Translations under genes and position numbers: made by a program | Part shown: positions 39,371-48,575 of the stretch, piece by piece | Position numbering within the stretch: position 1 is the stretch's first letter | Layout of the letters: every line of letters starts with the position of its first letter | Notes under the pieces: generated by a model | Database searches by the model: none | What the model saw: only the letters and a program-made list of their open reading frames with translations | What the model was told of the DNA's origin: nothing | From: an uncultured Spirochaetota bacterium | Lineage (GTDB): Bacteria > Spirochaetota > Spirochaetia > SZUA-6 > Fen-1364 | DNA: 64,000 nucleotides | NCBI GenBank assembly: GCA_963781885.1 | Contig: CAWAHW010000003.1 | Location: forward strand, 96,001-160,000 | Direction: 5' to 3'

Positions 39371-39409
39371 AATGTATGCAGTCAATACTATACTTGTCTG
39401 CAATACATT
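39371..39409. promoter_or_regulatory. Imperfect inverted repeat, candidate MocR-type operator
   Basis: AATGTATGCAGTCAA...TTGTCTGCAATACATT in the AT-rich divergent gap. Confidence 0.6.
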
Positions 39410-40807
39410 ATGAATGCAATGACTACATCCTGGAAGCCGGCAAGCCTCAATGACGACCTTCCCCTTTACCGCGCCATTGCCGAGGCTCTTGCCGGGGATA
39501 TCTCCTCGGGGAGGCTTCGTCCGGGGCAACGGCTCCCCTCCCAGAGACGGCTTGCCGCCCTGATCGGCGTGGACCTGAGCACCGTCACACGCGCCCTTGC
39601 CGAATGCCAGAGGCGCGGCCTCATTCAGTGCACCGTGGGACGCGGGACCTTCGTCACGGCGGACGGGGGTGCGCCCCTTGCCCTGGCGCGCGTGGAGCAG
39701 GCGTCCCGGGCGCCACTCATTGAGATGGGCCATGTGCTGCCTCTCTATGACCAGGAGAAGACGGGCAGGGATGCAATCCGCCGCTTCCTTCCCGCTCTGG
39801 ATCTGGAGCGATGTTTACGCTACACGGACCCCGAGGGCATGCGCAGGCATCGGGAAGCGGGCGCGGCATGGGTGAAGCGCGCGGGGGTCGCGGTGCGGCC
39901 GGAGAACGTGCTTGTGACCGCGGGTTCGCAGAATGCCATTGCCTGCTGCCTGCTGGCGCTCTTCAAGCCGGGGGATTCCATTGCCGTTGACGAGCTCACT
40001 TTCACCGGCCTCAAGGCCATAGCGCGGATGCAGGATATCCGGCTGATCCCAGTCGAGATGGATGACCATGGCATGCTCCCCGACGCATTGGAGAGGGCCT
40101 GCCGGCGCGAGCACCCGCGTGGGCTCTACCTCATGCCGGATTTTCAGAACCCCACGACCTCGGCGCTGCCGGAGGATCGGAGGAGTGAAATTGCCCGGCT
40201 CATCGAGCTGCACGATCTCATATTCATCGAGGATGACGCCTACGGACACACGGTGGGACGCCACACGGCGCTCAGCGCGCGTGTCCCCGAGCGGGGGATC
40301 TACCTTGGGGGGACCTCGAAGCTCTTCGGCGCCGGGTTGCGCATCTCATTCGTGGCCTGTCCGGCCCGCTTCGTCGCACAAATGGGGGGCGCCGTTCTCG
40401 GCACGGTGTGGATGGCCTCTCCGCTGAACGCGGAGCTCATGACGCGGATCATCACGGGCGGCCATGCTGAGCGGATCATCACCGCCAAGCGGGCGGAGGC
40501 GCGCGCGCGGACCGTGATGGCCCAACGGAAACTGGCGCCGTACCGTCTGCATGCGCGCGAATCCGGTTTCTCCGCATGGCTCGCCCTTCCGTCGGGCTGG
40601 ACGGGACGTGATTTCGAGCTCTCCGCGCGGGACGTGGGGGTCCGGGTATTCGCGGCTGAGAGGTTTGCCATTGGCGGCAGGGCGGCGCCCGCCGCGGCGC
40701 GGATCTCGCTCACGGGGCCGGAGACGAGGGAGGAATTGTCCCACGGCTTGGATATACTGGCGGATGTGCTCGCCCGGGGACGTGTCTCTTCCTCCGCCAT
40801 CCTGTAG
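39410..40807 (+). CDS. MocR/GabR-type regulator (GntR HTH plus PLP aminotransferase domain)
   Basis: PLYRAIA...LPSQRRLA...GRGTFV, QNPT, IEDDAY, TSKLFGAGLR. Confidence 0.93.
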   Translation: MNAMTTSWKPASLNDDLPLYRAIAEALAGDISSGRLRPGQRLPSQRRLAALIGVDLSTVTRALAECQRRGLIQCTVGRGTFVTADGGAPLALARVEQASRAPLIEMGHVLPLYDQEKTGRDAIRRFLPALDLERCLRYTDPEGMRRHREAGAAWVKRAGVAVRPENVLVTAGSQNAIACCLLALFKPGDSIAVDELTFTGLKAIARMQDIRLIPVEMDDHGMLPDALERACRREHPRGLYLMPDFQNPTTSALPEDRRSEIARLIELHDLIFIEDDAYGHTVGRHTALSARVPERGIYLGGTSKLFGAGLRISFVACPARFVAQMGGAVLGTVWMASPLNAELMTRIITGGHAERIITAKRAEARARTVMAQRKLAPYRLHARESGFSAWLALPSGWTGRDFELSARDVGVRVFAAERFAIGGRAAPAAARISLTGPETREELSHGLDILADVLARGRVSSSAIL

Positions 40808-40856
40808 CCCACGGTGGATGTTCGGCCTCAGAGCTCCCCTCCGCTTTGGCCCGGGC

Positions 40857-41996
40857 TCATCCGCGGTAGGATCGCCGGTAGGCGCCGGGCGTTGCACCCT
40901 GGACTTTACCAAAAGTGGAATAGAAACGCGGGGCGCTGGCGAAGCCGGTTTCTGCCGCGATGGCGGCGATCGTGAGGGTCGTGTCCCGAAGCAGCCGGCG
41001 CGCCTCGTCGATCCGCCTGCGGACGATCTCCTGGTGGATGCTGCGGCCCAGCGTGCTCCGAAACCTTTTCTCCAGCGTCCGCCGCGAGCACGGGATTGAC
41101 ACGAGGAGCTGCGCGACGGTGAGCCGTCCCGCCGCGGCACCGTGTATCGCTGCCAGTGCACGGTCCACCAGTGCGTCTCCCGTGGCGAGCGCCCGGGTGG
41201 ACTCGCGTTCCACCACTTCGCGCGGGGCAACGACGGCCGGCTCGGAGGGGCCGGGCCGGCCGTCCAGCAGGGCGGCCAGGGCCTCCGCCGCCTCCCACCC
41301 GATGCGTTCCAGGTCCAGCGCGATGCTGGAAAGGGGCGGCACCGACAGCTCGCAGAGGATATCTTCGTTGTCCACCCCCAGGATGGCGAGATCCGACGGA
41401 ACGTGCAGGCCCAGCCGCCGGCAGGCGGCCGCCGCCTTCAGTCCCACCGTGTCGTTGCAGGCGAAAAGGGCGGCGGGCGGGGGGAGGGCGGCAAGCCACC
41501 GGTCGAAACGCTCCGAGTGATGAAGCTTCTCCCACCAGTCCAGGGGCTGCTCGAACACGGAGAGGCGGGCAGGTCCGACCGCCTCGCGAAAGGCCTCGCG
41601 TCGTGCCCGCGACCATCCCACGCGCGCCACGCCGCAGAAGGCGAAGCCGCGTCGCCCCAGCGCCTTCATGTGGCGGCCGGCGAGACGGCCCGTGGCGCGG
41701 TCGTCGTTGCTGACCTGGCGGAACCCCGGACGGAGCCACGCGCCGGCAACGTCCACCACCGGGATCCCGCGCGCGGCGAGGCGGTCCGCGTCGCGGCGGG
41801 ATTCGATGCGCGCGATGATCCCGTCCCCGTCCCAGCGCTCCAGGGATCCCATCGCCTGGAACATCCACCCGAAGCCGTACAGGTCCCAGTCCGGCCGGCC
41901 GCGGGCGTAGCGCACGACCCCCCGCGCCACCCCGTGCTCGTAGTGGTCGATGAGACCCATGAACAGGCCGACCCGCTTTCGTCGATGCGCCCGCAT
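40857..41996 (-). CDS. XylR-type regulator (periplasmic-binding-protein fold plus AraC HTH)
   Basis: DGIIAR, FACND, VPSDLAILGVDNE, LSSI, RRTLEKRFR, IAAETGF...F....G.TP..YR. Confidence 0.92.
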   Translation of the reverse strand: MRAHRRKRVGLFMGLIDHYEHGVARGVVRYARGRPDWDLYGFGWMFQAMGSLERWDGDGIIARIESRRDADRLAARGIPVVDVAGAWLRPGFRQVSNDDRATGRLAGRHMKALGRRGFAFCGVARVGWSRARREAFREAVGPARLSVFEQPLDWWEKLHHSERFDRWLAALPPPAALFACNDTVGLKAAAACRRLGLHVPSDLAILGVDNEDILCELSVPPLSSIALDLERIGWEAAEALAALLDGRPGPSEPAVVAPREVVERESTRALATGDALVDRALAAIHGAAAGRLTVAQLLVSIPCSRRTLEKRFRSTLGRSIHQEIVRRRIDEARRLLRDTTLTIAAIAAETGFASAPRFYSTFGKVQGATPGAYRRSYRG

Positions 41997-42008
41997 GATC
42001 ATCCCTTT

Positions 42009-42070
42009 CGTAAAACGTTATAAAGTATACGCATTTCGGGCATCCCGGGAACGGGCCGGCGGCTTATGAT
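42009..42070 (+). promoter_or_regulatory. Candidate AraC/XylR tandem site and -10 element
   Basis: CGTAAAACG-N12-CGCATTTCG (21-bp period); TATGAT at 42065. Confidence 0.45.
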
Positions 42071-42089
42071 GAGGATGTGGAGGAACCGC

Positions 42090-43097
42090 ATGGAGAAGAA
42101 TGACCTGATCACAGTGGCCGGTGCGGGCGGGTTCATCGCCGGCTCGCTCGTCCGCTATTTCCACGACAAGGGATTCACCCGGATCCGCGCCGTGGACAAG
42201 AAGCCCCTCACGGAATGGTACCAGCGCACGCCCGGCGTGGAAAGCCTCAGCCTCGACCTGAGCGATCCCGATAATTGCCGGCGCGCCGTGGAGGGTGCCG
42301 CCGAGGTGTACAACCTGGCCGCGGACATGGGGGGCATGGGCTTCATCGAGCGTCACCGCGTGGACTGCCTTCGAAGCGTGCTGATCAACACGCACATGGT
42401 CGAGGCCGCCTGGCGCGCGGGGGCGCAGCGCTACTTCTTCTCATCCTCGGCCTGCGCGTACAACACCGATCTGCAGAAGGACCCGAAGGTACGGGCGCTG
42501 AAGGAGTCCGACGCCTATCCCGCGATGGCGGAGCGGGGTTACGGCTGGGAGAAGCTGATCTCGGAGATGTTCTGCCAGGAGTACACGGCGGAACGGGGCT
42601 TGTCGACGTTCATCGCGCGGTTTCACAACGTCTACGGTCCCAACGGCACGTGGGACGGGGGCCGTGAGAAGGCGCCCGCGGCGTTGTGCCGCAAGGTCAT
42701 CGAGGCCAAGGACGCCGGTGCGAAGGAGATCACGATCTGGGGAGACGGGACGCAGACGCGCAGCTTCATGTATATCGACGACTGCACGAAGGGCATCGAC
42801 CAGATCATGCACTGTGAGAAGCTGCTGGCCACCCCCATCAACCTCGGCTCATCCGAGCTTGTCTCCATCAATGAGCTGGCGACACTGGCGGAGAAGATCG
42901 GGGGCGTGAAGCTCACGCGGCGCTATGATCCCACCGCGCCTCGGGGCGTGGCCGGGCGCAACAGCGACAACACGATGATCCACTCCATCCTGGGCTGGGA
43001 GCCGAACACGCCGCTTTCGGACGGGCTGGCAAAGACCTACCACTGGATCGAGCAGCAGTACCGGGACAAGAAGTCAGGCAAGCGGACAGTGAGCTGA
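42090..43097 (+). CDS. GDP-mannose 3,5-epimerase-like NAD-dependent epimerase
   Basis: GAGGFIA, GME-type LAADMGGMGFI, SSSACAY (catalytic Cys), YGWEK, RFHNVYGP, GGREKAPAALCRK. Confidence 0.85.
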   Translation: MEKNDLITVAGAGGFIAGSLVRYFHDKGFTRIRAVDKKPLTEWYQRTPGVESLSLDLSDPDNCRRAVEGAAEVYNLAADMGGMGFIERHRVDCLRSVLINTHMVEAAWRAGAQRYFFSSSACAYNTDLQKDPKVRALKESDAYPAMAERGYGWEKLISEMFCQEYTAERGLSTFIARFHNVYGPNGTWDGGREKAPAALCRKVIEAKDAGAKEITIWGDGTQTRSFMYIDDCTKGIDQIMHCEKLLATPINLGSSELVSINELATLAEKIGGVKLTRRYDPTAPRGVAGRNSDNTMIHSILGWEPNTPLSDGLAKTYHWIEQQYRDKKSGKRTVS

Positions 43098-43102
43098 CCG
43101 GC

Positions 43103-43900
43103 ATGGGGCATGATCTGCGCACGGTCATCGGGCCGATCCCCTATCGCATGGCATTCGCGGGCGGCTGGATCGACCAACCATTCGTCTCCCGGCTGAACCC
43201 GCAGCCGCCGGGCTCCATGGTGACGGTGGCGGTTGAGCCGACATTTCGATGGATGGATCGCTGCGGCATGGCCACCTCCACGCGCACGGTGGCCATGCGC
43301 CACTGGGGCGGGCGGATGCCGGACGGGGACCCCGCCCGTCTGGTTCGGGAGCTGTATGACGCGGAGAATCGGGGCAAGGCCGAGCCGTCCGGATCCCAGG
43401 ACATGGTCGGACTGCTCTATCCCGGCGTGTGCCGGCTTGACTATGACGCATCCGTGGAGGGCGGCGTGTTCCCGAGCGCCGTGGAGAGTTGCTCGTCGCC
43501 CGAGGTGGCGCGGTGGCTGGAGCGGATCATCAAGGTGCTGCCCGTGGCCCCGAGGCCGGCGGGCTACGAGCCGCTGGCGGTCAAGAACCTGGACCCGGCG
43601 TGGATCGCGCGGCTGGGGAGATCGGGACGCTCCTGCTGGGAGGCGATCCTGGCGATGGACGCCGCCGCGCTGGGTGAGTCGATGAACGAGTGCATGCGAT
43701 GCTGGGAAGCGCTGCTGCCCCTCGTGGTACGGCCGCCGGAATCGCCCGTCGACCTGGCAGGGCTCCTGCGCTGCTACCAGGAGCGCTCTCACGGGGCGAT
43801 GTACTCGGGATGCGGCGGGGGCTACCTGTACATCGTGAGTGAGGAGGCGGTCCCGGGCACTTTCGGCGTGCAGGTCCGCACCCGGAGCGCCGGGGGGTGA
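43103..43900 (+). CDS. Divergent GHMP-family sugar kinase
   Basis: PYRMAFAGGWIDQ (motif 1), CGMATST (motif 2 variant), SGSQD, SGCGGG (motif 3). Confidence 0.7.
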   Translation: MGHDLRTVIGPIPYRMAFAGGWIDQPFVSRLNPQPPGSMVTVAVEPTFRWMDRCGMATSTRTVAMRHWGGRMPDGDPARLVRELYDAENRGKAEPSGSQDMVGLLYPGVCRLDYDASVEGGVFPSAVESCSSPEVARWLERIIKVLPVAPRPAGYEPLAVKNLDPAWIARLGRSGRSCWEAILAMDAAALGESMNECMRCWEALLPLVVRPPESPVDLAGLLRCYQERSHGAMYSGCGGGYLYIVSEEAVPGTFGVQVRTRSAGG

Positions 43901-44721
43901 GCGTGCGCACGGTATTTGTGACGGGGGCATTCGACGACCTGGGAGCCCGCCACGCGCGCCTGCTGCACGAGTGCTCGCGGATCGGCGAGGTCGTGGTCGG
44001 GCTGTGGTCGGATGCGGCGGTATCCGCGGCGTCCGGTACGCCGCCGAAGTTCACGTTTGCCGAACGGCGCTATCTCCTGGAGTCGCTGCGTTTCGTCGCC
44101 CGCGTCATTCCCGTCGAAAACCACCGGCAGCCGGAGCTGTCGCGGGAGGGGGCCGCCGCGCCCGTGGTGGGCTGTGACGTCGGCGCATCTTCCGCGGAAT
44201 CAGTCGCCGCCCGCGCGGCGGCCGGGGCGCTCCACGCCGACCTGCGCACGTTCGGGGACGTGGAGCTGGCGGGGTTTCCGGACATCCCGGTCTCCCCTCC
44301 CGATCCGTCGCGGCGGCGGGTGGTCGTCACCGGATGCTTTGACTGGCTTCATTCCGGGCATGTCCGGTTCTTCGAGGAAGTGGCGGGCCATGGAGAGCTG
44401 TACGTCGTCGTCGGTCATGATGCGAACGTGAGGCTCCTCAAGGGCGAAGGCCATCCTCGATTCTCCCAGGACCACCGCCGCTACATGGCGGGCAGCATCC
44501 GCCACGTCCACCAGGCACTCATCTCCTCGGGATCGGGATGGATGGACGCCGAGCCGGAAATCGCCGCCATCGGCGCGCAGGTCTACGCGGTGAACGAGGA
44601 CGGCGACAAGCCCGAGAAGCGAGAGTTCTGCCGCACGCACGGCCTGGAATACCTTGTGCTCAAACGGGTGCCAGCGGCGGGGCTGCCGCGCCGGTCCAGC
44701 ACCGACTTGCGTGGCTTTTAG
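43897..44721 (+). CDS. Tandem HxGH nucleotidyltransferase (cytidylyltransferase-like); first domain degenerate
   Basis: TGAFDDLGARH...FAERRYL and TGCFDWLHSGH...RRYM...RSSTDLR. Confidence 0.82.
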   Translation: MSVRTVFVTGAFDDLGARHARLLHECSRIGEVVVGLWSDAAVSAASGTPPKFTFAERRYLLESLRFVARVIPVENHRQPELSREGAAAPVVGCDVGASSAESVAARAAAGALHADLRTFGDVELAGFPDIPVSPPDPSRRRVVVTGCFDWLHSGHVRFFEEVAGHGELYVVVGHDANVRLLKGEGHPRFSQDHRRYMAGSIRHVHQALISSGSGWMDAEPEIAAIGAQVYAVNEDGDKPEKREFCRTHGLEYLVLKRVPAAGLPRRSSTDLRGF

Positions 44722-44781
44722 CGGCCTCTCCGTGGCGCTCCGGTATCTGCCCGCGCCGGCGCGGGTTCCGCGCGCGAGTGC

Positions 44782-44811
44782 CGGAAATCGAACGTTTTGT
44801 GACGTATTCTC
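44782..44811 (+). promoter_or_regulatory. Second candidate AraC/XylR tandem site upstream of the ABC importer
   Basis: CGGAAATCG-N12-CGTATTCTC, same 21-bp period as the 42009 site. Confidence 0.4.
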
Positions 44812-44864
44812 GATTGTGTTCGCTCCGGGCCCGTGCCTACATGGGCGGTGAGCAGGTCCCCCTC

Positions 44865-46421
44865 ATGCAAGAGATAATTCTCGAGGTCGAAAACGTTTCC
44901 AAGAGCTTTCCCGGCGTGAAAGCGCTTGACCAGGTCTCGTTCGATCTCCACAAGGGCGAGGTCCATGCCCTGGTGGGGGAAAACGGGGCGGGCAAGTCGA
45001 CGCTCATGAAGATACTTTCCGGCGTGCACCAGCCGGACGAAGGTGTCATCCGCTTCAAGGGACGCGAAGTGCGTTTCCACGATTCCACCCAGGCACGGGA
45101 TGCCGGCATCGGGATCATCTACCAGGAGCTCAACCTTATTCCCCACCTGTCGGTGGCTGCCAACATCTTCATCGGCAGGGAGCCGCTCACGCGGCTTTTC
45201 ACCCTGAACGAAAAGAAAATGAATGAAGACGCCGTCGCCATCCTGGGGCGGCTGAATATCCGGATCGACCCGACAATCAAGCTGAATCGGCTCCCGATCT
45301 CCAAGCAGCAGATGGTGGAAATCGCGAAGTCCCTCTCGTTCGATTCGGAAGTGCTCATCATGGATGAGCCGACCAGCGCGCTTACCGAATCGGAGATTGA
45401 CGAGCTGTTCACCGTCATCCATACGCTTCGCGACCGTGGGGTCGCGATCATCTACATCTCCCATCGCCTGGAAGAGCTGAAGCATATCGTGGACCGCATC
45501 TCCATCTTCCGCGACGGTCGCTCCGTCAGCACGGACGTGTACTCCGCGATCACAATGGACACCATCGTCAACCGGATGGTGGGCCGGACCCTGGAGCAGA
45601 AGTTCCCCGCGCGGCACAACGTGCCCACGGAGGAGAAGATCCTCGACGTCAGAGGCATCACGCGCAAGGGCGTCCTGCACGACATCTCCTTCGACCTGTA
45701 CCGCGGCGAGATCCTCGGCTTTGCCGGGCTCATGGGCGCCGGCCGCTCCGAGCTGGCGCGGGCAATCTTCGGCGCAGACCCCATCGACGCGGGAACCGTG
45801 ACGATGAACGGGAAGAAGCTCACGTCGCTCACCCCCTCGGAATCGATCCGGGCGGGAATCGCCTATCTCTCGGAAAACCGCAAGCAGGAAGGGCTCGCGG
45901 TGAGGATGAAGGTGGCGGAGAACGTCTCCATGGCCAACATGGCCGGTGTGACCAGCCGCATGGGTGTGATCTCGCGCCGCCGCGAGCTGCAGGCGTGCCA
46001 GCGGTACGTGGATGAGCTGGCCATCCGCACCCCGAGCCTCATGCAGGTCGTCAACAACCTCTCCGGCGGGAACCAGCAGAAGGTCGTCGTGGCCAAGTGG
46101 CTCTTCTGCGATTCGAAGGTCCTCATCTTCGACGAGCCGACCCGGGGAATCGACGTCGGCACCAAGTTCGCCATTTACGAGCTGATCGAGCGGCTGGCCC
46201 GGGAGGGGGTCGGGGTCATCATGATTTCCTCGGAGCTCCCCGAAATCCTGGGAATGACCGACCGCGTCCTCGTGCTGCACGAGGGCAGCCTTGAAGCCAC
46301 CCTGGTGACGAAGAATACGACACAAGAGGAAATCCTCAACTTTGCGGCGGGTCTGGGCGGGAGGGCCGAAAGGCCTTTGAATGGCCAGTCACGCCCGGCG
46401 GAAGAGAGAACCCAACCATGA
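44865..46421 (+). CDS. Monosaccharide ABC transporter ATP-binding protein (RbsA-like)
   Basis: GENGAGKST, MDEPT, LSGGNQQK, DEPTRGIDVG. Confidence 0.96.
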   Translation: MQEIILEVENVSKSFPGVKALDQVSFDLHKGEVHALVGENGAGKSTLMKILSGVHQPDEGVIRFKGREVRFHDSTQARDAGIGIIYQELNLIPHLSVAANIFIGREPLTRLFTLNEKKMNEDAVAILGRLNIRIDPTIKLNRLPISKQQMVEIAKSLSFDSEVLIMDEPTSALTESEIDELFTVIHTLRDRGVAIIYISHRLEELKHIVDRISIFRDGRSVSTDVYSAITMDTIVNRMVGRTLEQKFPARHNVPTEEKILDVRGITRKGVLHDISFDLYRGEILGFAGLMGAGRSELARAIFGADPIDAGTVTMNGKKLTSLTPSESIRAGIAYLSENRKQEGLAVRMKVAENVSMANMAGVTSRMGVISRRRELQACQRYVDELAIRTPSLMQVVNNLSGGNQQKVVVAKWLFCDSKVLIFDEPTRGIDVGTKFAIYELIERLAREGVGVIMISSELPEILGMTDRVLVLHEGSLEATLVTKNTTQEEILNFAAGLGGRAERPLNGQSRPAEERTQP

Positions 46422-47422
46422 GCGACACCCACGCACCACGCAAAGACCCGAGGGGCCACGACCCGGCCGCTGCTCCCGGACGATCCCGGATGGCGGTGGA
46501 CAGGTTCCTCACGTTCGGCGCGGTGGTCGTGCTGTTCGGCGTGTTTTCAATCACGGCGAAGAACTTTTTCACCATGCGCAACGTCCTGAGTCTCCTCCTG
46601 CAGACCAGCACGACCACTCTCATGGGAATCGGCGTGACATTCACCATCATCACCGCCGGCATCGACCTTTCCATCGGTTCGGTGGTCGCCTTTACCGGCA
46701 CGGTCGCGGTGATGGCCGCCATCGCCGGGGTCCCGATCTGGATCAGCTGGATAATCGGCCTGGTGGTCGGGGCCTTCTGCGGCTTCCTGAACGGTCTCAT
46801 GATCACCGGGCTGAAGCTCCCGCCGTTCATCGCCACCCTGGGCATGACCTTCGTCGTCCGAGGCGTGGCGCTCACGATCACCAACGCCAACGCGTGGCCC
46901 GCGCCGGATGCGTTCGGCGCGCTGGGCAACAACACGCTCTTCCGCACCGGGCCCAAGTTCCCCGGCATTCCCTACCCCGTCATCGTCATGGCAGTTGTTG
47001 CCGTGCTTTTCCATTTCATCCTCCGCAAAATGCGCGTCGGCAGATACACGTACGCGGTCGGTTCGAATGAAGAGGCGGCCCGGCTTTCCGGCATCAAGGT
47101 CGGCCGCATCAAGATCATCAACTACATCATCTGCTCGACACTCGCCGGCCTGGTCGGCGTCATTCTCGCTTCCCGCATGGTCACCTCGCAGCCCAACAGC
47201 GCAAGCGGATACGAGCTGAATGCCATCGCCTCCGCGGTCATCGGCGGCACGAGCCTCATGGGCGGCGTCGGCACGGTGGGGGGAACGGTGATCGGCTCGT
47301 TCATCATCGGCATCATGACGGTGGGGCTCACCATGCAGGGCACGAACTATTTCATGCAGCAGATCGTGATCGGCGTCGTGGTGATCCTGGCCGTGGCCTT
47401 CGATCAGAGACGCAACAAATAG
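46418..47422 (+). CDS. Monosaccharide ABC permease (RbsC-like)
   Basis: GIDLSIG, PPFIATLG, NEEAARLSGI, YELNAIASAVIGGTS. Confidence 0.95.
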   Translation: MSDTHAPRKDPRGHDPAAAPGRSRMAVDRFLTFGAVVVLFGVFSITAKNFFTMRNVLSLLLQTSTTTLMGIGVTFTIITAGIDLSIGSVVAFTGTVAVMAAIAGVPIWISWIIGLVVGAFCGFLNGLMITGLKLPPFIATLGMTFVVRGVALTITNANAWPAPDAFGALGNNTLFRTGPKFPGIPYPVIVMAVVAVLFHFILRKMRVGRYTYAVGSNEEAARLSGIKVGRIKIINYIICSTLAGLVGVILASRMVTSQPNSASGYELNAIASAVIGGTSLMGGVGTVGGTVIGSFIIGIMTVGLTMQGTNYFMQQIVIGVVVILAVAFDQRRNK

Positions 47423-47425
47423 GAG

Positions 47426-47471
47426 TCATTGCGACAGCAATGAGAAATACCGCGACCCGTATGGGCCGCGG
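47426..47471 (+). other. Two tandem RNA hairpins before the binding-protein gene
   Basis: TCATTGC-GACA-GCAATGA and CCGCGACCC-GTAT-GGGCCGCGG, just upstream of AAGGAGGT. Confidence 0.45.
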
Positions 47472-47492
47472 AGTTGGTTCAAGGAGGTCGGT

Positions 47493-48453
47493 ATGAAGAA
47501 GCTTCTTTTCATTCTCGTGGCGCTCGCCTTCATCGCCGGATTCGCGTCCGCGCAGGAAATCGCGGTGATCGTGAAAACGGGCAACTCCAGCTACTGGCAG
47601 AACGTCCAGACCGGGTGCTTCGACGCACAGAAAGAGCTGAAGGCAAAAACCCCGAAGCTGTCGGTGACGTTCCTCGGGCCCCAGTCGGAGAGCAACATCG
47701 CGGAAGAAATCAACATCGTCGAGAGCGCGATTGACCGTGGCGTGAAGGCGATCGTCCTTGCGCCGTCGGATGTCACCGCCCTTGTGCCGGCCGTGAAGAA
47801 GGCCAAGGATGCCGGCATCCCGGTCATCGTCATTGACTCGCTGCTGAGCGGTCCCACTTCCAACTACGTCTCCTTCCTCGCCACCGACAACGACGCGGCG
47901 GGAAGGGCGTGCGCGAAGGAAATGATCGACCGGGTGAAGGCAGCCACCGGCAGTGACAGCGGGAACATCGCCGTCATGTCGTATGTCGCCGGCGTTGGCT
48001 CGGAGATTGGCCGCGTGGGCGGCTTCAAGGATTACATCGCGAAGAACTCGCACCTCAAGATCGTGACCACGCAGTACTCCAATGCCGATATGCCGACCGC
48101 GCTCAACCAGACCACCAACGTCCTCGCGGCGAACCCCGACCTCGTGGGAATCTTCGGGGCCAACGAGCCGACGGCCGTCGGCATGGGCCGCGCCATCGCG
48201 CAGGCAGGTCTCGCGGGCAAGATCGTTGCCATCGGGTTCGACGGGAACGCCGCCCTCCAGGGCTTCATCAAGGACGGGACCATTCAGGCAATCGCGGTGC
48301 AGAGCTCTTACAACATGGGGTACCTCGGAGTGAAGTCCGCGTACGACGCCGCTTTCGCCAAGAAGAAGATCCCCGCGACAGTCGATACCGGGTTCATCAT
48401 CGTGACCAAGGACAACATCGACTCCACGGCCGCCAAGAACGTCCTGTACCTAG
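47493..48453 (+). CDS. Monosaccharide ABC substrate-binding protein; stop displaced by one extra C
   Basis: Signal peptide, IAVIVK...YWQ, ATDN, GFDG. It ends KNVLY then C-TAG (48451-48453); as read it extends to 48548. Confidence 0.9.
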
Positions 48454-48575
48454 ACCGGGCCATTTTCTGCGACCGCCCTTGTTCTCCTTCGCGAGGGCGG
48501 TCGCTCCTTTCTCCACCTGGCAGGCAGGCCCGCTTTTGGTTATCCTGAGCGCGGTGAAAGAACGGCGCGTGACAT

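Noticed and set aside
42090-44721. Ordinary LPS/capsule nucleotide-sugar biosynthesis
   Set aside because: Disfavoured but not excluded: no glycosyltransferase or export genes are adjacent, and the flanks are an importer and a sugar-sensing regulator.
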